Source: Squalus acanthias (Eukaryota). Taken from it: a stretch of DNA of 64,000 bases. This document shows, in pieces, positions 27,283-40,868 of the stretch; positions within the stretch are counted from its first letter, which is position 1, and each line of letters begins with the position of its first letter. The notes under the pieces were generated by a model, which saw nothing but the letters and a program-made list of their open reading frames with translations, was not told where the DNA came from and ran no database searches. The position numbers and the translations under genes were made by a program. The stretch spans positions 186,001 to 250,000 of the forward strand of contig JASTWF010000330.1 in the NCBI GenBank assembly GCA_030390025.1. The letters are read 5' to 3'.

Positions 27283-30200
27283 AGTCTCCTCATCCCACTC
27301 CCCTCAGTCTCCTCATCCCACTCCTCTCAGTCTCCTCATCCCACTCCACAAATTCTCCTCATCCCACTCCTCTCAGTCTCCAAATCCCACTCCCCTCAGT
27401 CTCCTCATTCCACTCCCCTCAGTCTCCTCATCCCACTCCCCAAAGTCTCCTCATCCCACTCCACAGTCTCCTCATCCCACTCCCCTCATCCCACTACGTA
27501 CAGTCTCCTCATCACACTCCCCTCAGTCTCCTAATCCCACTCCTCACAGTCTACTCATCCCACTCCCCGCGGTGTCCTCATCCCACTCCTCTCAGTCTCC
27601 TCATCCCACTCCCCTCAGTCTCCTCATCCCACTCCCCTCGGTGTCCTCAACCCACTCCCTACAGTCTCCTCATCCCACTCCCCTCAGTCTCCTCATCCCA
27701 CTCCAGTCATTCTCCTCATCCCTCTCCCAAGTCTCCTCATCCCGCTCCCCAGTCTCCTCATCCCACTCCACAAAGTCCCCACACCCCACTCCCCTCAGTC
27801 TCCTCATCCCACTCCCCTCAGTCTCGCCATCCCACACCTCAGTCTCCTCATCCCACTCCCTTCAGTCTCCTCATCCCACTCCCCTCAGTCTCCTCATCCC
27901 ACTCTCCTCAGTCTCCTCATCCCACTCCCAACAGTCTCCTCATCCCACTCCCCACAATCTCCTCATCCCACTCCCCGCAGTCTCATCATCCCACTCCCCA
28001 AAGTCTCCTCATCCCACTCCACAGTCTCCTCATCCCACTCCCCTCTGTCTCCTCATCCCACTACCTACAGTCTCCTCATCACACTCCCCACGGTGTCCTC
28101 ATCCCACTCCTCTCAGTCTCCTCATCCCACTCCCCACAGTCTCCTCAACCAACTCCCAACAGTCTCTCCATCCCACTCCCCTCAGTCTCCTCATCCCACT
28201 CCACTCATTCTCCTCATCCCACTCCCAACTCTCCTCATCCCGCTCCCCAGACTCCTCATCCCACTCCACAAAGTCCCCTCACCCCACTCCCCTCAGTCTC
28301 CTCATCCCACTCCCGAGTCTCCCCATCGCAGACCTCACAGTCTCCTCATCCCACTCCCTTCAGTCTCCTCATCCCACTCCACTAATTCTCCTCATCCCAC
28401 TCCCAAGTCTCCTCATCCCGCTCCCCAGTCTCCTCATCCCACTCCCCAAAGTCCCCTCACCCCACTCCCCTCAGTCTCCTCATCCAACTCACCTGAGTCT
28501 CACCATCGCACACCTCACAGTCTCCTCATCCCACTCCCCTCAGTCTCCTCATCCAACTCTCCTCAGTCTCCACATCCCACTCCCAACAGTATCCTCATCC
28601 CACTCCCCACAGTCTCCTCATTCCACTCCCCACAGTCTCCTCATCCCACTCACCACAGTCTCCTCAACCCACTCCCAACTGTCTCCTCATCCCACTCACC
28701 ACAGTCTCATCATCCCACTCCCAGCAGTCTCCTCTTCCCACTCCCCACAATCTCCTCATCCCACTCCCTTGTCTCCTCATCCCACTCCCCTCTGTCTCCT
28801 CATTCAACTCCACTCATTATCCTCATCCCACTCCCCTAGTCTCCTCATCCCACACCCCTCAGTCTCCTCATCCCACTCCCCTCAGTATCGTCATCCCATT
28901 CCCCACAGTCTCCTCATTCCACTCCCCTCAGTCTCCTAATCCCACTCCCAACAATCTCCTCAGCCCACTCCCCTCATTCTCCTCATCCCACTCCCTAGTC
29001 TCATCACACTCCCCTCAGTCTCCTCATTCCACTCCCCAGTCTCCTCATCCCACTCCGAACAATCTCCTCAACCCACTCCCCACAGTATCCTCATCCCACG
29101 CCCCTTATTCTCCTCATCCCACTATCCACAGTCTCCTCATTCCACTCCCCACAGTCTCCTCATCCCACTCCCCTCAGTCTCCTTAAACCACTCCCCTCAG
29201 TCTCCTCATTCAACTCCCCTCAGTCTCCTCATCCAACTCCCCTCGGTGTCCTCATCCCACACCCCGCAGTCTCTTCATGCCACTCCTCTCAGTTTCCTCT
29301 TCCCACTCCTCTCAGTCTCCTCATCACACTCCCCAGTCTCCTCATCGCACACCCCTGTCTCCTCAAACCACTCCCCACAATCTCCTCATCCCACTCCCAA
29401 CAGTCTCCGCATCCCAGTCCCCTCAGTCTCATCATCCCACTCCCCAAAGTCTCCTCATCCCACTCCACAGTCTCCTCATCCCACTCCCCTCAGTCTACAT
29501 AAACCACTCCCCTCAGTCTCCTCATCTCACTCCCCTCAGTCTCCTCATCTCACTACCCACCGTCTCCTCATCCCACTCCCTCAGTCTCCTCATCCCACTA
29601 CCCACAGTCTCCTCATCACACTCCCCTCAGTCTCCTCATCCCACTCCCCTCAGTCTCCTCATCCCACTCCCCTCGGTGTCCTCAACCCACTCCCAACAGT
29701 CTCCTCATCCCACTCCCCTCAGTCTCCTCATCCCACTCCACTCATTCTCCTCATCCCACTCCCAAGTCTCCTCATCCCGCTCCCCAGTCTCCTCATCCCA
29801 CTCCACAAAGTCCCCACACCCCACTCCCCTCAGTCTCCTCATCCCACTCCCCTCAGTCTCCTCATCCCACTCCCCTCAGTCTCCTCATCCCACTCCCCTC
29901 AGTCTCCTCATCCCACTCCCCTCAGTCTCCTCATCCCACTCCACAAATTCTCCTCATCCCACTCCTCTCAGTCTCCAAATCCCACTCCCCTCAGTCTCCT
30001 CATTCCACTCCCCTCAGTCTCCTCATCCCACTCCACAAAGTCTCCTCATTCCACTCCCCTCAGTCTCCACATCCCACTCCCCTCAGTCTCCTCAGCCCAC
30101 TCCCCTCAGTCTGCTCATTCCACTCCCCTCAGTCTTCACATCACACTCCCCTCAGTCTCCTCACCCCACACACCTCAGTCTCCTCATCCCACTCCCCTCA

Positions 30201-31334
30201 GTCTCCTCATTCCACTCCCCTCAGTCTCCTCATCCCACTCCACAAAGTCTCCTCATTCCACTCCTCTCAGTCTCCTCATCCCACTCCACAAAGTCTCCTC
30301 ATCCCACTCCTCTCAGTCTCCACATCCCACTCCTCTCAGTCTCCACATCCCACTCCCCTCAGTCTCCTCATTCCACTCCCCGCAGTCTCCTCATCCGTCT
30401 CCACTCAGTCTCCGCAACTCACACCCCTCAGTCTCCTCATCCCACTCCCCTCACTCTCCTCATCCGTCTCCACTCAGTCTCCTCATCCCACACCCCTCAG
30501 TCTCCTCATCCAACTCCCCTCACTCTCCTCATCCGTCTCCACTCAGTCTCCGCATCCCACACCCCTCGGTCTCCTCATCCCACACCACTCAGTCTCCTCC
30601 TCCCACACCCCTCAGTCTTGTCATTCCACTCCCCTCAGTTTCTTCATCCCACTCCCCTCAGTCTCCTCATCTCACTCCCCTCATCTCACTCCCCTCAGTC
30701 TCCTCATCTCACTGCCCTCAGTCCCCTCATCCCACTCCCCTCAGTCTCCTCTTCCCACTCCCCTCACTCTATCCATCCGTCTCCACTCCGTCTCCTCATC
30801 CCACTCCCCTCATTATTCCTCATCCCTCTCCCCTCAGTCTCATACCGATGCCCTTATTAACTGCAGGACATTCCTGTCAAACACTCCAACCCACTCCAAT
30901 GAGTCACTAAATTCAACGACACTCAGTCACTGCATCCCAATCTCCTCAAACATTTCCCTGAAACACGACAAACACACCCCTCAGCAACTTCATTCCAATC
31001 CCATCAGGCCCTGCAGCCCATTCACCAGGTTCACAGCATCCCACTTCCATCAGTCTCCTCATCCCACTCCCCTCAGTCCCCTCATCCCACACACCTCAGT
31101 CTCCTCATCCCACTCCCCTCAGTCTCCGCATCCCACTCCCCTCACCCCCTCATCCCATTCCCCTCAGTCTCCTCTTCCCACTCCTCTCAAGATACCTCAT
31201 CCCACTTCCCTCAGTCTCCTCATCCCACTCCCCTCAGTCACTATACCCACTCACTCAGTAAGAGACTAGATGAGCTTTTCAGGAGTCACATTGGGTGAAC
31301 AGACTGTACACAATGGACGGAACAAGACAGATAC

Positions 31335-31430
31335 CTGAGGCTGCAGACCCCACTGGGATAGTGGATGAACGGGCAGTGGATTCTCCAGTCAACTGTTCCT
31401 TGGGTTCCTGTGTTTTGGATGCGTCCGGAT
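31335..31430 (-). CDS. Putative exon, type A, 96 nt: DPDASKTQEPKEQLTGESTARSSTIPVGSAAS
   Basis: Acceptor ...tttattacag, donor CAG|GTATCT, phase 1-1. Confidence 0.7.
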
Positions 31431-32142
31431 CTGTAATAAAGGAAGAGAGACATGGGAGAACAGAGTGGAGAAAACCAGAGCAGGTCATCAGGTTGGTACT
31501 GGAGCCAATCACAATCGCACTCACTCACAGAGTCCGATTCCCCTCAGGAACCGCGTCTCACTCCCCTCAGGAACGGCGTCTCACTCCCCTCAGGAACTGC
31601 ATCCCACTCCCCTCAGGAACTGCGTCCCACTCCCGTCATGAACTGCGTCCCACTCCCCTCAGGAACTGCATCCACTCCCCTCAGGAACCGCGTCTCACTC
31701 CCATCAGGAACTGCGTCCCACTCCCGTCAGGAACTGCGTCTCACTCCCCTCAGGAACTGCATCCCACTCCCCTCAGGAACGGCGTCCCTCTCCCCTCAGG
31801 AACTGCTTCCCACTTCCCTCAGGAACCGCGTCCCACTACCCACAGTCGCCTGTTCCCACTCCCCTCAGTCTCCTCATCCCATTCGGCTCAGTCTCGTCAT
31901 CACACTGCCCTCAGTCAACTCATCCCTCTCCCTTCATTCTCCTCAACCCACGACCCTGAGTGTCCTTATTCCACTCTCCTTTAATGTCCTCATCCAACTC
32001 CCCTCAATCTCCACATCCCAGTCTATTCCTTCACTATGACCCCTTCTGTCTGTAAGAGACTGGATCAATCTCCTTGTCTTGGCTTTTCAGGAGTCACATT
32101 GGGTGAACCGTCTGCAAAGCATGGACCCCACAAGGCAGATAC

Positions 32143-32238
32143 CTGGGCCTGCTGACCCTGCTGGGATTGTGGATGAAGGATCAGCAGATTCTTCAGTTGA
32201 TTGTTCCTCGGGTTCCTGAGTTTTGGACGACTCTGCAT
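32143..32238 (-). CDS. Putative exon, type B1, 96 nt: DAESSKTQEPEEQSTEESADPSSTIPAGSAGP
   Basis: Acceptor ...cattaaag, donor CAG|GTATCT, phase 1-1. Confidence 0.68.
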
Positions 32239-33228
32239 CTTTAATGAAGGAAGAGAGTCATAGGTGAGTGCAGATTGGGGGGTTACCCAAACAGGTCATC
32301 AGGCTGGAATTAGAGGTCGGAGGATGTCAGACACCAGTCTTTATATAAACCATAATCATCCAATTGCACTCCTTTCAGTAACTGAATCCCACGATCCATA
32401 GTCAAAGCATCCCATTCCCCTCAGTTTTTGCAACCCATTCCCCTCAGTCACTGCATACCGATGCCCTTATTCACTGCAGGACATTCCTGTCAAACACTCC
32501 AACCCACTCCAATCAGTCACTAACTTCAACTACGCTCAGTCACTGCATCCCACACCACACCACTTAGTCACTGCATCCCACTGCCTTCAATCGTTATATC
32601 CCACTCCCCTCAGCCATTACGTCCCACACCACTCAGGCACTGCATACCACTCACCTCAGTCTATACATCATGCCCTCTTCAATCACTGCATCCCAAACTC
32701 CTCAAACATTTCCCTGAAACACTATAAACACACCCCTCAGCAACTTCATTCCAATCCCATTAGGCCCTGCAGCCCATTCACCAGGTTCACAGCATCCCTC
32801 TTCCCTCAGTCTCCTCATCCCACACACCTCAGTCACCTCATCCCACTCCCCTCAGTCTCCTCATCCCACACACCTCAGTCACCTCATCCCACTCCCCTCA
32901 GTCTCCTCATCCCACTCCCCTCAGTCCCCTCATCCCACTCCCCTCAGTCTCCTCATCCCACACACCTCAGTCACCTCATCCCACTCCCCTCAGTCTCCTC
33001 ATCCCACACACCTCAGTCACCTCATCCCACTCCCCTCAGTCTCCTCATCCCACTCCCCTCAGTCCCCTCATCCCACACACCTCAGTCACCTCATCCCACC
33101 CCCCTCAGACTTCTCATCTCGCTCCCCTCAGTCACTATACCCACTCACTCAGTAAGAGCCTGGATGAGCTTTTCAGGAGTCACATTGGGTGAACAGACTG
33201 TACACAATGAACGGAACAAGACAGATAC

Positions 33229-33309
33229 CTGAGTCTGCAGACCCCACTGGGATAGTGGATGAACGGTCAGTGGATTCTTGAGTCGACTGTGTTGTGGATG
33301 TGTCCGGAT
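33229..33309 (-). CDS. Putative exon, type C, 81 nt: DPDTSTTQSTQESTDRSSTIPVGSADS
   Basis: Acceptor ...tttattacag, donor CAG|GTATCT, phase 1-1. Confidence 0.7.
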
Positions 33310-34714
33310 CTGTAATAAAGGAAGAGAGACAGGGGAGAGTGCAGAGTGGAGAATGCCAGAACAGGTCTTCAGGCTGGTACTGGAGCCAATCACAATCCCA
33401 CTCACTCACTGCGTCCACTCCCTTCAGGAACCACGTTCCACTCCCCTCAGGAACTGCTTCCCACTTCCCTCAGGAACTGCATCCCACTCCTCTCAGGAAC
33501 TGCGTCCCACTTCCCTCAGGAACTGCGTCCCACTCCCCTCAGGAACCGCATTCCACTCCCCTCAGGAACCATATCCCACTCTCCTCAGGAACCGCATTCC
33601 ACTCCCCTCAGGAACCATATCCCACTCTCCTCAGGAACCGCGTTCCACTCCCCTCAGGAACTGCGTTCCACTCCCCACAGGAACCGCGTTCCACTCCGCT
33701 CAGAAACCGCGTTCCACTCCCCTCAGGAACTGCATCCCACTCCCCTCAGGAACCGCGTTCCACTCCCCTCAGGAACCGCGTTCCACTCCCCTCAGGAACT
33801 GCGTTACACTCCCCTCAGGAACTGTATCTCACTCTCCTCAGTCTCCTCAACCCACTTCCCTCAGTCTCCTCACCCCACCCTCCTCAGTCTTCTCATCCCA
33901 CTCCGTCAGTCTCCTCAACCCATTCAGATCAATCTCGTCATTCCACTTCCCTCAGTCTCCTCATCCCACTACTATTCAGTCTCCTCATCCCATTCCCCTC
34001 AGTCTTCTCATCCCATGCCCCTCAGTCTCCTCAACCCAGTTCCCTCAGTCTCCTCATCCCACTCCCCTCAATGTACTCATCCCGCTCTCCTAAGTCTCAT
34101 CGTCCCACTCCCCTGATTCTCCTCATCCCATTCCCCTCATTCTACTCATCCCACTCCATAAAGCCTCCTCATCCCACTCCCCTCAGTCTCCTCATCCCAC
34201 TCCTCTCAGTCGACTCATCCCACTCAGTCTCCTCATCCCACGCCCCTCAGTCTCCTCATTCTACTCCCCTCATTCTCCTCATCCCACTCCATAAAGCCTC
34301 CTCATCCCACTCCCCTCAGTCTCCTCATCCCACTCCTCTCAGTCTACTCATCCCACTCCCGCTCAGTCTCCTCATCCCACGCCCCTCAGTCTCCTCATTC
34401 TACTCCCCTCAGTCTCCTCATCCCACTACCCTCAGTCTCCTCATCACATTCGGCTCAGACACGTCATCCCACTCCCCTCAGACTCCTCATCCCACTCCCC
34501 TCAGACTCCTCATCCCACTCCCCACAATCTCCTCATCCCTCTCTCCAGTCTCCTCATCCCACTCCCCTCAGTCCCCTCATCCCACTCCCCTCAGACTCCT
34601 CATCTCGCTCCACTCAGTCACTATACCCACTCACTCAGTAAGAGACTAGATGAGATTTTCAGGAGTCACATTGGGTGAACAGACTGTACACAATGGACGG
34701 AACAAGACAGATAC

Positions 34715-34795
34715 CTGAGGCTGCAGACCCCACTGGGATAGTGGTTGAACGGTCAGTTGATTCTCGAGTCGACTGTGTTGTGTATGTGTCCGAAT
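34715..34795 (-). CDS. Putative exon, type C, 81 nt: DSDTYTTQSTRESTDRSTTIPVGSAAS
   Basis: Acceptor ...tttattacag, donor CAG|GTATCT, phase 1-1. Confidence 0.7.
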
Positions 34796-36001
34796 CTGTA
34801 ATAAAGGAACAGAGACATGGGAGAGTGCAGAGTGGAGAAAACAAGAACAGGTCATCAGGCTGGTACTGGAGCCAATCATAATCCCACTAACTCACTGCGT
34901 CCCACTCCCCTCAGGAACCGTGTTCCACTCCCCTCAGGAACCGCGTTCGACTCCCCTCAGGAACCGCGTTCCACTCCCTTCAGGAACCACGTCCCACTCC
35001 CCTCAGGAACTGCATCCCACTCCTCTCAGGAACTGCGTCCCACTTCCCTCAGGAACTGCGTCCCACTCCCCTCAGGAACTGTGTCCCACTCTCCTCAGTC
35101 TCCTCAACCCACTTCCCTCAGTCTCCTCATCCCACCCTCCGCAGTCTTCTCATCCCACTCCGCCAGTCTCCTCAACCCATTCGGATCAATCTCGTCATTC
35201 CACTTCCCTCAGTCTCCTCATCCCACTACTATTCAGTCCCCTCACCCTACTCTCCACTGACTCCTCGTCCTACTCCCCTCAGTCTCCTCATCCAATTCCG
35301 CTCCGACTCCTCATCCCACTCCCCTCAGTCTCCTTATCCCACTCCTCTCAGTCTACTCATCCCTCTCCACTTAGTCTCCTCATCCGACTCCCCACCGTCC
35401 CCTCATCCCACTCCCCTCAGTCTCCTCATCCCATTCCCCTCAGTCTCCTCATTCCACTCCCCTCAGTCCCCTCATCCTACTCCCCACAGCCTCCTCATCC
35501 CACTCCCCTCAGTCTCCTAAACCCAGTTCCCTCAGTCTCCTCATCCCACTCCCCTCAATGTACTCATTCTGCTCCCCTCAGTCTCCTCATTCCACTCCCC
35601 TCAGTCCCCTCATCCTACTCCCCACAGCCTCCTCATCCCACTCCCCTCAGTCTCCTAAACCCAGTTCCCTCAGTCTCCTCATCCCACTCCCCTCAATGTA
35701 CTCATTCTGCTCCCCTCAGTCTCCTCGTCACACTCCCCTGAGTCTCCTCATCCCATTCCCCTCAGTCTCCTCATCCCACTCCCCTCAGTCTCCTCATCCC
35801 ACTCCCCTCAGTCTACTCATCCCACTACCACTCAGATACGTCATCCCACTCCCCTCAGTCTCCTCATCACACTCCCCTCAGACTCCTCATCCCACTCCCC
35901 TCAGTCACTATACCCACTCACTCAGTAAGAGACTGGATGAGCTTTTCAGGAGTCACATTGGGTGAACAGACTGTACACAATGGACGGAACAAGACAGATA
36001 C

Positions 36002-36082
36002 CTGAGGCTGCAGACCCCACTGGGATAGTGGTTGAACGGTCAGTGGATTCTCGAGTCGACTGTGTTGTGTATGTGTCCGGAT
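36002..36082 (-). CDS. Putative exon, type C, 81 nt: DPDTYTTQSTRESTDRSTTIPVGSAAS
   Basis: Acceptor ...tttattacag, donor CAG|GTATCT, phase 1-1. Confidence 0.7.
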
Positions 36083-37310
36083 CTGTAATAAAGGAAGAGA
36101 GACAGGGGAGAGTGCAGAGTGGAGAAAACCAGAACAGGTCATCAGGCTGGTACTGGAGCCGATCACAATCCCACTCACTCACTGCATCCCACTCCCCTCA
36201 GCAACTGCGTCCCACTCCCCTCAGGAACTGCATCCCACTCCTCTCAGGAACTGCGTCCCACTCCCCTCAGGAACTGCATCCCACTCCTCTCAGGAACTGC
36301 GGCCCACTCCCCTCAGGAACTGCGTCCCACTCCCCTCAGGAACTGCGTCCCACTCCCCTCAGGAACTGCGTCCCACTCCCCTCAGGAACCGCGTTCCATT
36401 CTCCTCAGGAACCGCGTTCCATTCTCCTCAGGAACTGTGCCCCACTCCCCTCAGGAACTGCTTCCCACTCCCCTCAGGAACTGCGTCCCACTCCCCTCAG
36501 GAACTGCATCCCACTCCCCTCAGGAACTGCATCCCACTCCTCTCAGGAACTGCGTCCCACTTCCCTCTGGAACTGCATCCCACTCCCCTCAGGAACTGCA
36601 TCCCACTCCCCTCAGGAACTGCATCCCACTCTCCTCAGTCTCCTCAACCCGGTCCCCTCAGTCTCCTCATCCCACTCTCCTCAGTCTCCTCATCCCACTC
36701 CCCTCAGTCCCCTCATCCCACTCCCCTCAGACTCCTCATCCCACTCCCCTCAGTCCCCTCATCCCACTTCCCTCAGTCTCCTCATCCCACTCCCCTCAGA
36801 CTCCTCATCCCACTCTCCTCAGTCTCCTCATCCCACTCCCCTCAGTCCCCTCATCCCACTTCCCTCAGTCTCCTCATCCCACTCCCCTCAGACTCCTCAT
36901 CCCACTCCCCTCAGTCCCCTCATCCCACTTCCCTCAGTCTCCTCATTCCACTCCCCTCAGTCTCCTCATCCCACACAACTCAGTCTCCTCATCCAACTCC
37001 CCACCGTCCCCTCATCCCACTCCCCTCAGTATCCTCATCAAACTGCCCTCAGTCCCCTCATCCCACTCCCCTCGGTCTCCTCATCACGCTCCCCTCAGTC
37101 TCCTCAAACCACACACCTCAGTCTCCTCATCAAACTCCCCTCAGTCTCCTCATTCCACACACCTCAGTCTCCTCATCAAACTCCCCTCAGACTCCTCATC
37201 TCGCTCCCCTCAGTCACTATACCCACTCACTCAGTAAGAGACTGGATGAGCTTTTCAGGAGTCACATTGGGTGAACAGACTGTACACAATGGACGGAACA
37301 AGACAGATAC

Positions 37311-37391
37311 CTGAGGCTGCAGACCCCACTGGGATAGTGGATGAACGGTCAGTGGATTCTCGAGTCAACTGTGTTGTGGATGTGTCCGGAT
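37311..37391 (-). CDS. Putative exon, type C, 81 nt: DPDTSTTQLTRESTDRSSTIPVGSAAS
   Basis: Acceptor ...tttatttcag, donor CAG|GTATCT; phase-0 frame has TGA. Confidence 0.7.
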
Positions 37392-38319
37392 CTGAAATAA
37401 AGGAAGAGAGACTTGGGAGAGTGCAGAGTGGAGAAAACCAGAACAGGTCATCAGGCTGGTACTGGAGCCAATCACAATCCCACTCACTCACTGCGTCCGA
37501 CTCTCCTCTGAACTGCGTTCCACTGCCCTCAGGAACTGCGTCCCACTCCTCTCAGGAACCGCGTCCCACTCCCCTCAGGAACTGCGTCCCACTCCCCTCA
37601 GGAACCGCGTCCCACTCCCCTCAGGAACCGCGTCCCACTCTCCTCAGGAACTGCGTCCCTCTCCCCTCAGGAACTGCGTCCCACTCCCCTCAGGAACTGC
37701 GTCCCATTCCTCTCAGGAACTGCGTCCCATTCCTCTCAGGAACTGCGTCTCACTCCCCTCAGGAACTGCGTCCCACTCCCCTCAGGAACCGTGTCCCACT
37801 CCCCTCAGGAACCGCGTCCCACTGCCCTCAGGAACCGCGTCCCACTCCCCTCAGGAACCGCGTCCCACTCCTCTCAGTCTCCTCAACCCACTTCACTCAG
37901 TCTCCTCATCCCACTCCCGACAGTCTCCTCATCGCACTCACATCAGTCTCCTCATTCCACTCCCCTCTGTCTCTTCATCCCACTCCCCTCAGTCTCCGCA
38001 GCCCACTCCCCTCAGTCTCCTCATTCCACTCCCCTCTGTCTCCTCATCCCACTCACATCAGTCTCCTCATTCCACTCCCCTCTGTCTCCTCTTCCCACTC
38101 CCCTCAGTCTCCTCAGCCCACTCACATCAGTCTCCTCATTCCACTCCCCTCTGTCTCCTCATCCCACTTCCGTCAGTCCCCTCATCCCACTCCCCTCAGA
38201 CTCCTCATCTCGCTCCCCTCAGTCACTATATCCACTCACTCAGTAAGAGACTAGTTGAGCTTTTCAGGAGTCACATTGGGTGAACAGACTGTACACAATG
38301 GACGGAACAAGACAGATAC

Positions 38320-38400
38320 CTGAGTCTGCAGACCCCACTGGGATAGTGGATGAACAGTCAGTGGATTCTTGAGTCGACTGTGTTGTGTATGTGTCCGGAT
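38320..38400 (-). CDS. Putative exon, type C, 81 nt: DPDTYTTQSTQESTDCSSTIPVGSADS
   Basis: Acceptor ...tttattacag, donor CAG|GTATCT; CGT>TGT gives Cys. Confidence 0.7.
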
Positions 38401-39765
38401 CTGTAATAAAGGAAGAGAGACAGGGGAAAGTGCAGAGTGGAGAAAACCAGAACAGGTCATCAGGCTGGTACTGGAGCCAATCAGAATCCCACTCACTCAC
38501 TGCATCCCACTCCCCTCAGCAACTGCGTCCCACTCCCCTCAGGAACTGCATCCCACTCCTCTCAGGAACTGCGGCCCACTCCCCTCAGGAACTGCGTCCC
38601 ACTTCCCTCTGGAACTGCGTCCCACTCCCCTCAGGAACTGCGTCCCACTCCCCTCAGGAACTGCGTCCCACTCCCCTCAGGAACCGCGTTCCACTCTCCT
38701 CTGAACTGCATCCCACTCCTCTCAGGAACTGCGGCCCACTCCCCTCAGGAACTGCGTCCCACTTCCCTCTGGAACTGCGTCCCACTCCCCTCAGGAACTG
38801 CGTCCCACTCCCTTCAGGAACCGCGTTCCACTCCCCTCAGGAACCGCGTCCCACTCCCCTCAGGAACTGCGTCCCACTCCTCTCAGGAACTGCGTCCCAC
38901 TTCCCTCTGGAACTGCGTCCCACTCCTCTCAGGAACTGCTTCCCACTCCCCTCAGGAACTGCGTCCCACTCCCCTCAGGAACTGCGTCCCACTCCCCTCA
39001 GGAACCGCGTCCCTCTCCTCTCAGGAACTGCGTCCCACTCCCCTCAGGAACTGCGTCCCACTCCCCTCAGGAACTGCATCCCACTCCCCTCAGGAACTGC
39101 GACCCACTCCCCTCAGGAACTGCATCCCACTCCCCTCAGGAACTGCGACCCACTCCTCTCAGGAACTGCGTCCCACTCCCCTCAGGAACCGTGTCCCACT
39201 CCCCTCAGGAACCGCGTCCCACTGCCCTCAGGAACCGCGTCCCACTCCCCTCAGGAACCGCGTCCCACTCCTCTCAGTCTCCTCAACCCACTTCACTCAG
39301 TCTCCTCATCCCACCCTCCTAAGTCTCCTCATCCCACTCCCGACAGTCTCCTCATCGCACTCACATCAGTCTCCTCATTCCACTCCCCTCTGTCTCCTCA
39401 TCCCACTCCCCTCAGTCTCCGCAGCCCACTCCCCTCAGTCTCCTCATTCCACTCCCCTCTGTCTCCTCATCCCACTCACATCAGTCTCCTCATTCCACTC
39501 ACATCAGTCTCCTCATTCCACTCCCCTCTGTCTCCTCTTCCCACTCCCCTCAGTCTCCTCAGCCCACTCACCTCAGTCTCCTCATTCCACTCCCCTCTGT
39601 CTCCTCATCCCACTTCCCTCAGTCCCCTCATCCCACTCCCCTCAGACTCCTCATCTCGCTCCCCTCAGTCACTATATCCACTCACTCAGTAAGAGACTAG
39701 TTGAGCTTTTCAGGAGTCACATTGGGTGAACAGACTGTACACAATGGACGGAACAAGACAGATAC

Positions 39766-39846
39766 CTGAGTCTGCAGACCCCACTGGGATAGTGGATGAA
39801 CGGTCAGTGGATTCTTGAGTCGACTGTGTTGTGTATGTGTCCGGAT
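39766..39846 (-). CDS. Putative exon, type C, 81 nt: DPDTYTTQSTQESTDRSSTIPVGSADS
   Basis: Acceptor ...tttattacag, donor CAG|GTATCT, phase 1-1. Confidence 0.7.
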
Positions 39847-40787
39847 CTGTAATAAAGGAAGAGAGACAGGGGAGAGTGCAGAGTGGAGAAAACCAGAACA
39901 GGTCATCAGGCTGGTACTGGAGCCAATCAGAATCCCACTCAATCACTGCATCCCACTCCCCTCAGCAACTGCGTCCCACTCCCCTCAGGAACTGCATCCC
40001 ACTCCTCTCAGGAACTGCGGCCCACTCCCCTCAGGAACTGCGTCCCACTTCCCTCTGGAACTGCGTCCCACTCCCCTCAGGAACCGCGTTCCACTCCCCT
40101 CAGGAACTGCGTTCCACTCCCCTCAGGATCCGCGTTCCATTCTCCTCAGGAACTGTGCCCCACTCCCCTCAGGAACTGCTTCCCACTCCCCTCAGGAACT
40201 GCGTCCCACTCCCCTCAGGAACTGCATCCCACTCCTCTCAGGAACTGCATCCCACTCCTCCCAGTCTCCTCAACCCACTTCACTCAGTCTCCTCATCCCA
40301 CCCTCCTAAGTCTCCTCATCCCACTCCCGACAGTCTCCTCATCCCATTCGGATCAGTACCGTCATTCCACTTCCCTCAATCTCCTCATCCCACTACTTTC
40401 AGTCTCCTCATCCCACTCCCCACATTCTCCTCATCCCACTCACATCAGTCTCCTCATTCCACTCCCCTGTCTCCTCATCCCACTCCCCTCATCCCACTCC
40501 CCTCAGTCTCCTCATCCCACACACCTCAGTCACCTCATCCCACTCCCCTCAGTCTCCTCATCCCACACACCTCAGTCACCTCATCCCACTCCCCTCAGTC
40601 TCCTCATCCCACTCCCCTCAGTCCCCTCATCCCACACACCTCAGTCACCTCATCCCACCCCCCTCAGACTTCTCATCTCGCTCCCCTCAGTCACTATACC
40701 CACTCACTCAGTAAGAGCCTGGATGAGCTTTTCAGGAGTCACATTGGGTGAACAGACTGTACACAATGAACGGAACAAGACAGATAC

Positions 40788-40868
40788 CTGAGTCTGCAGA
40801 CCCCACTGGGATAGTGGATGAACGGTCAGTGGATTCTTGAGTCGACTGTGTTGTGGATGTGTCCGGAT
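40788..40868 (-). CDS. Putative exon, type C, 81 nt: DPDTSTTQSTQESTDRSSTIPVGSADS
   Basis: Paralogue of 33229..33309; intact AG and GT. Confidence 0.7.

Noticed and set aside
25615..27298. Target-site duplication of the CR1 (agtctcctcat on both sides)
   Set aside because: Both flanks are the minisatellite itself, so the match is uninformative.
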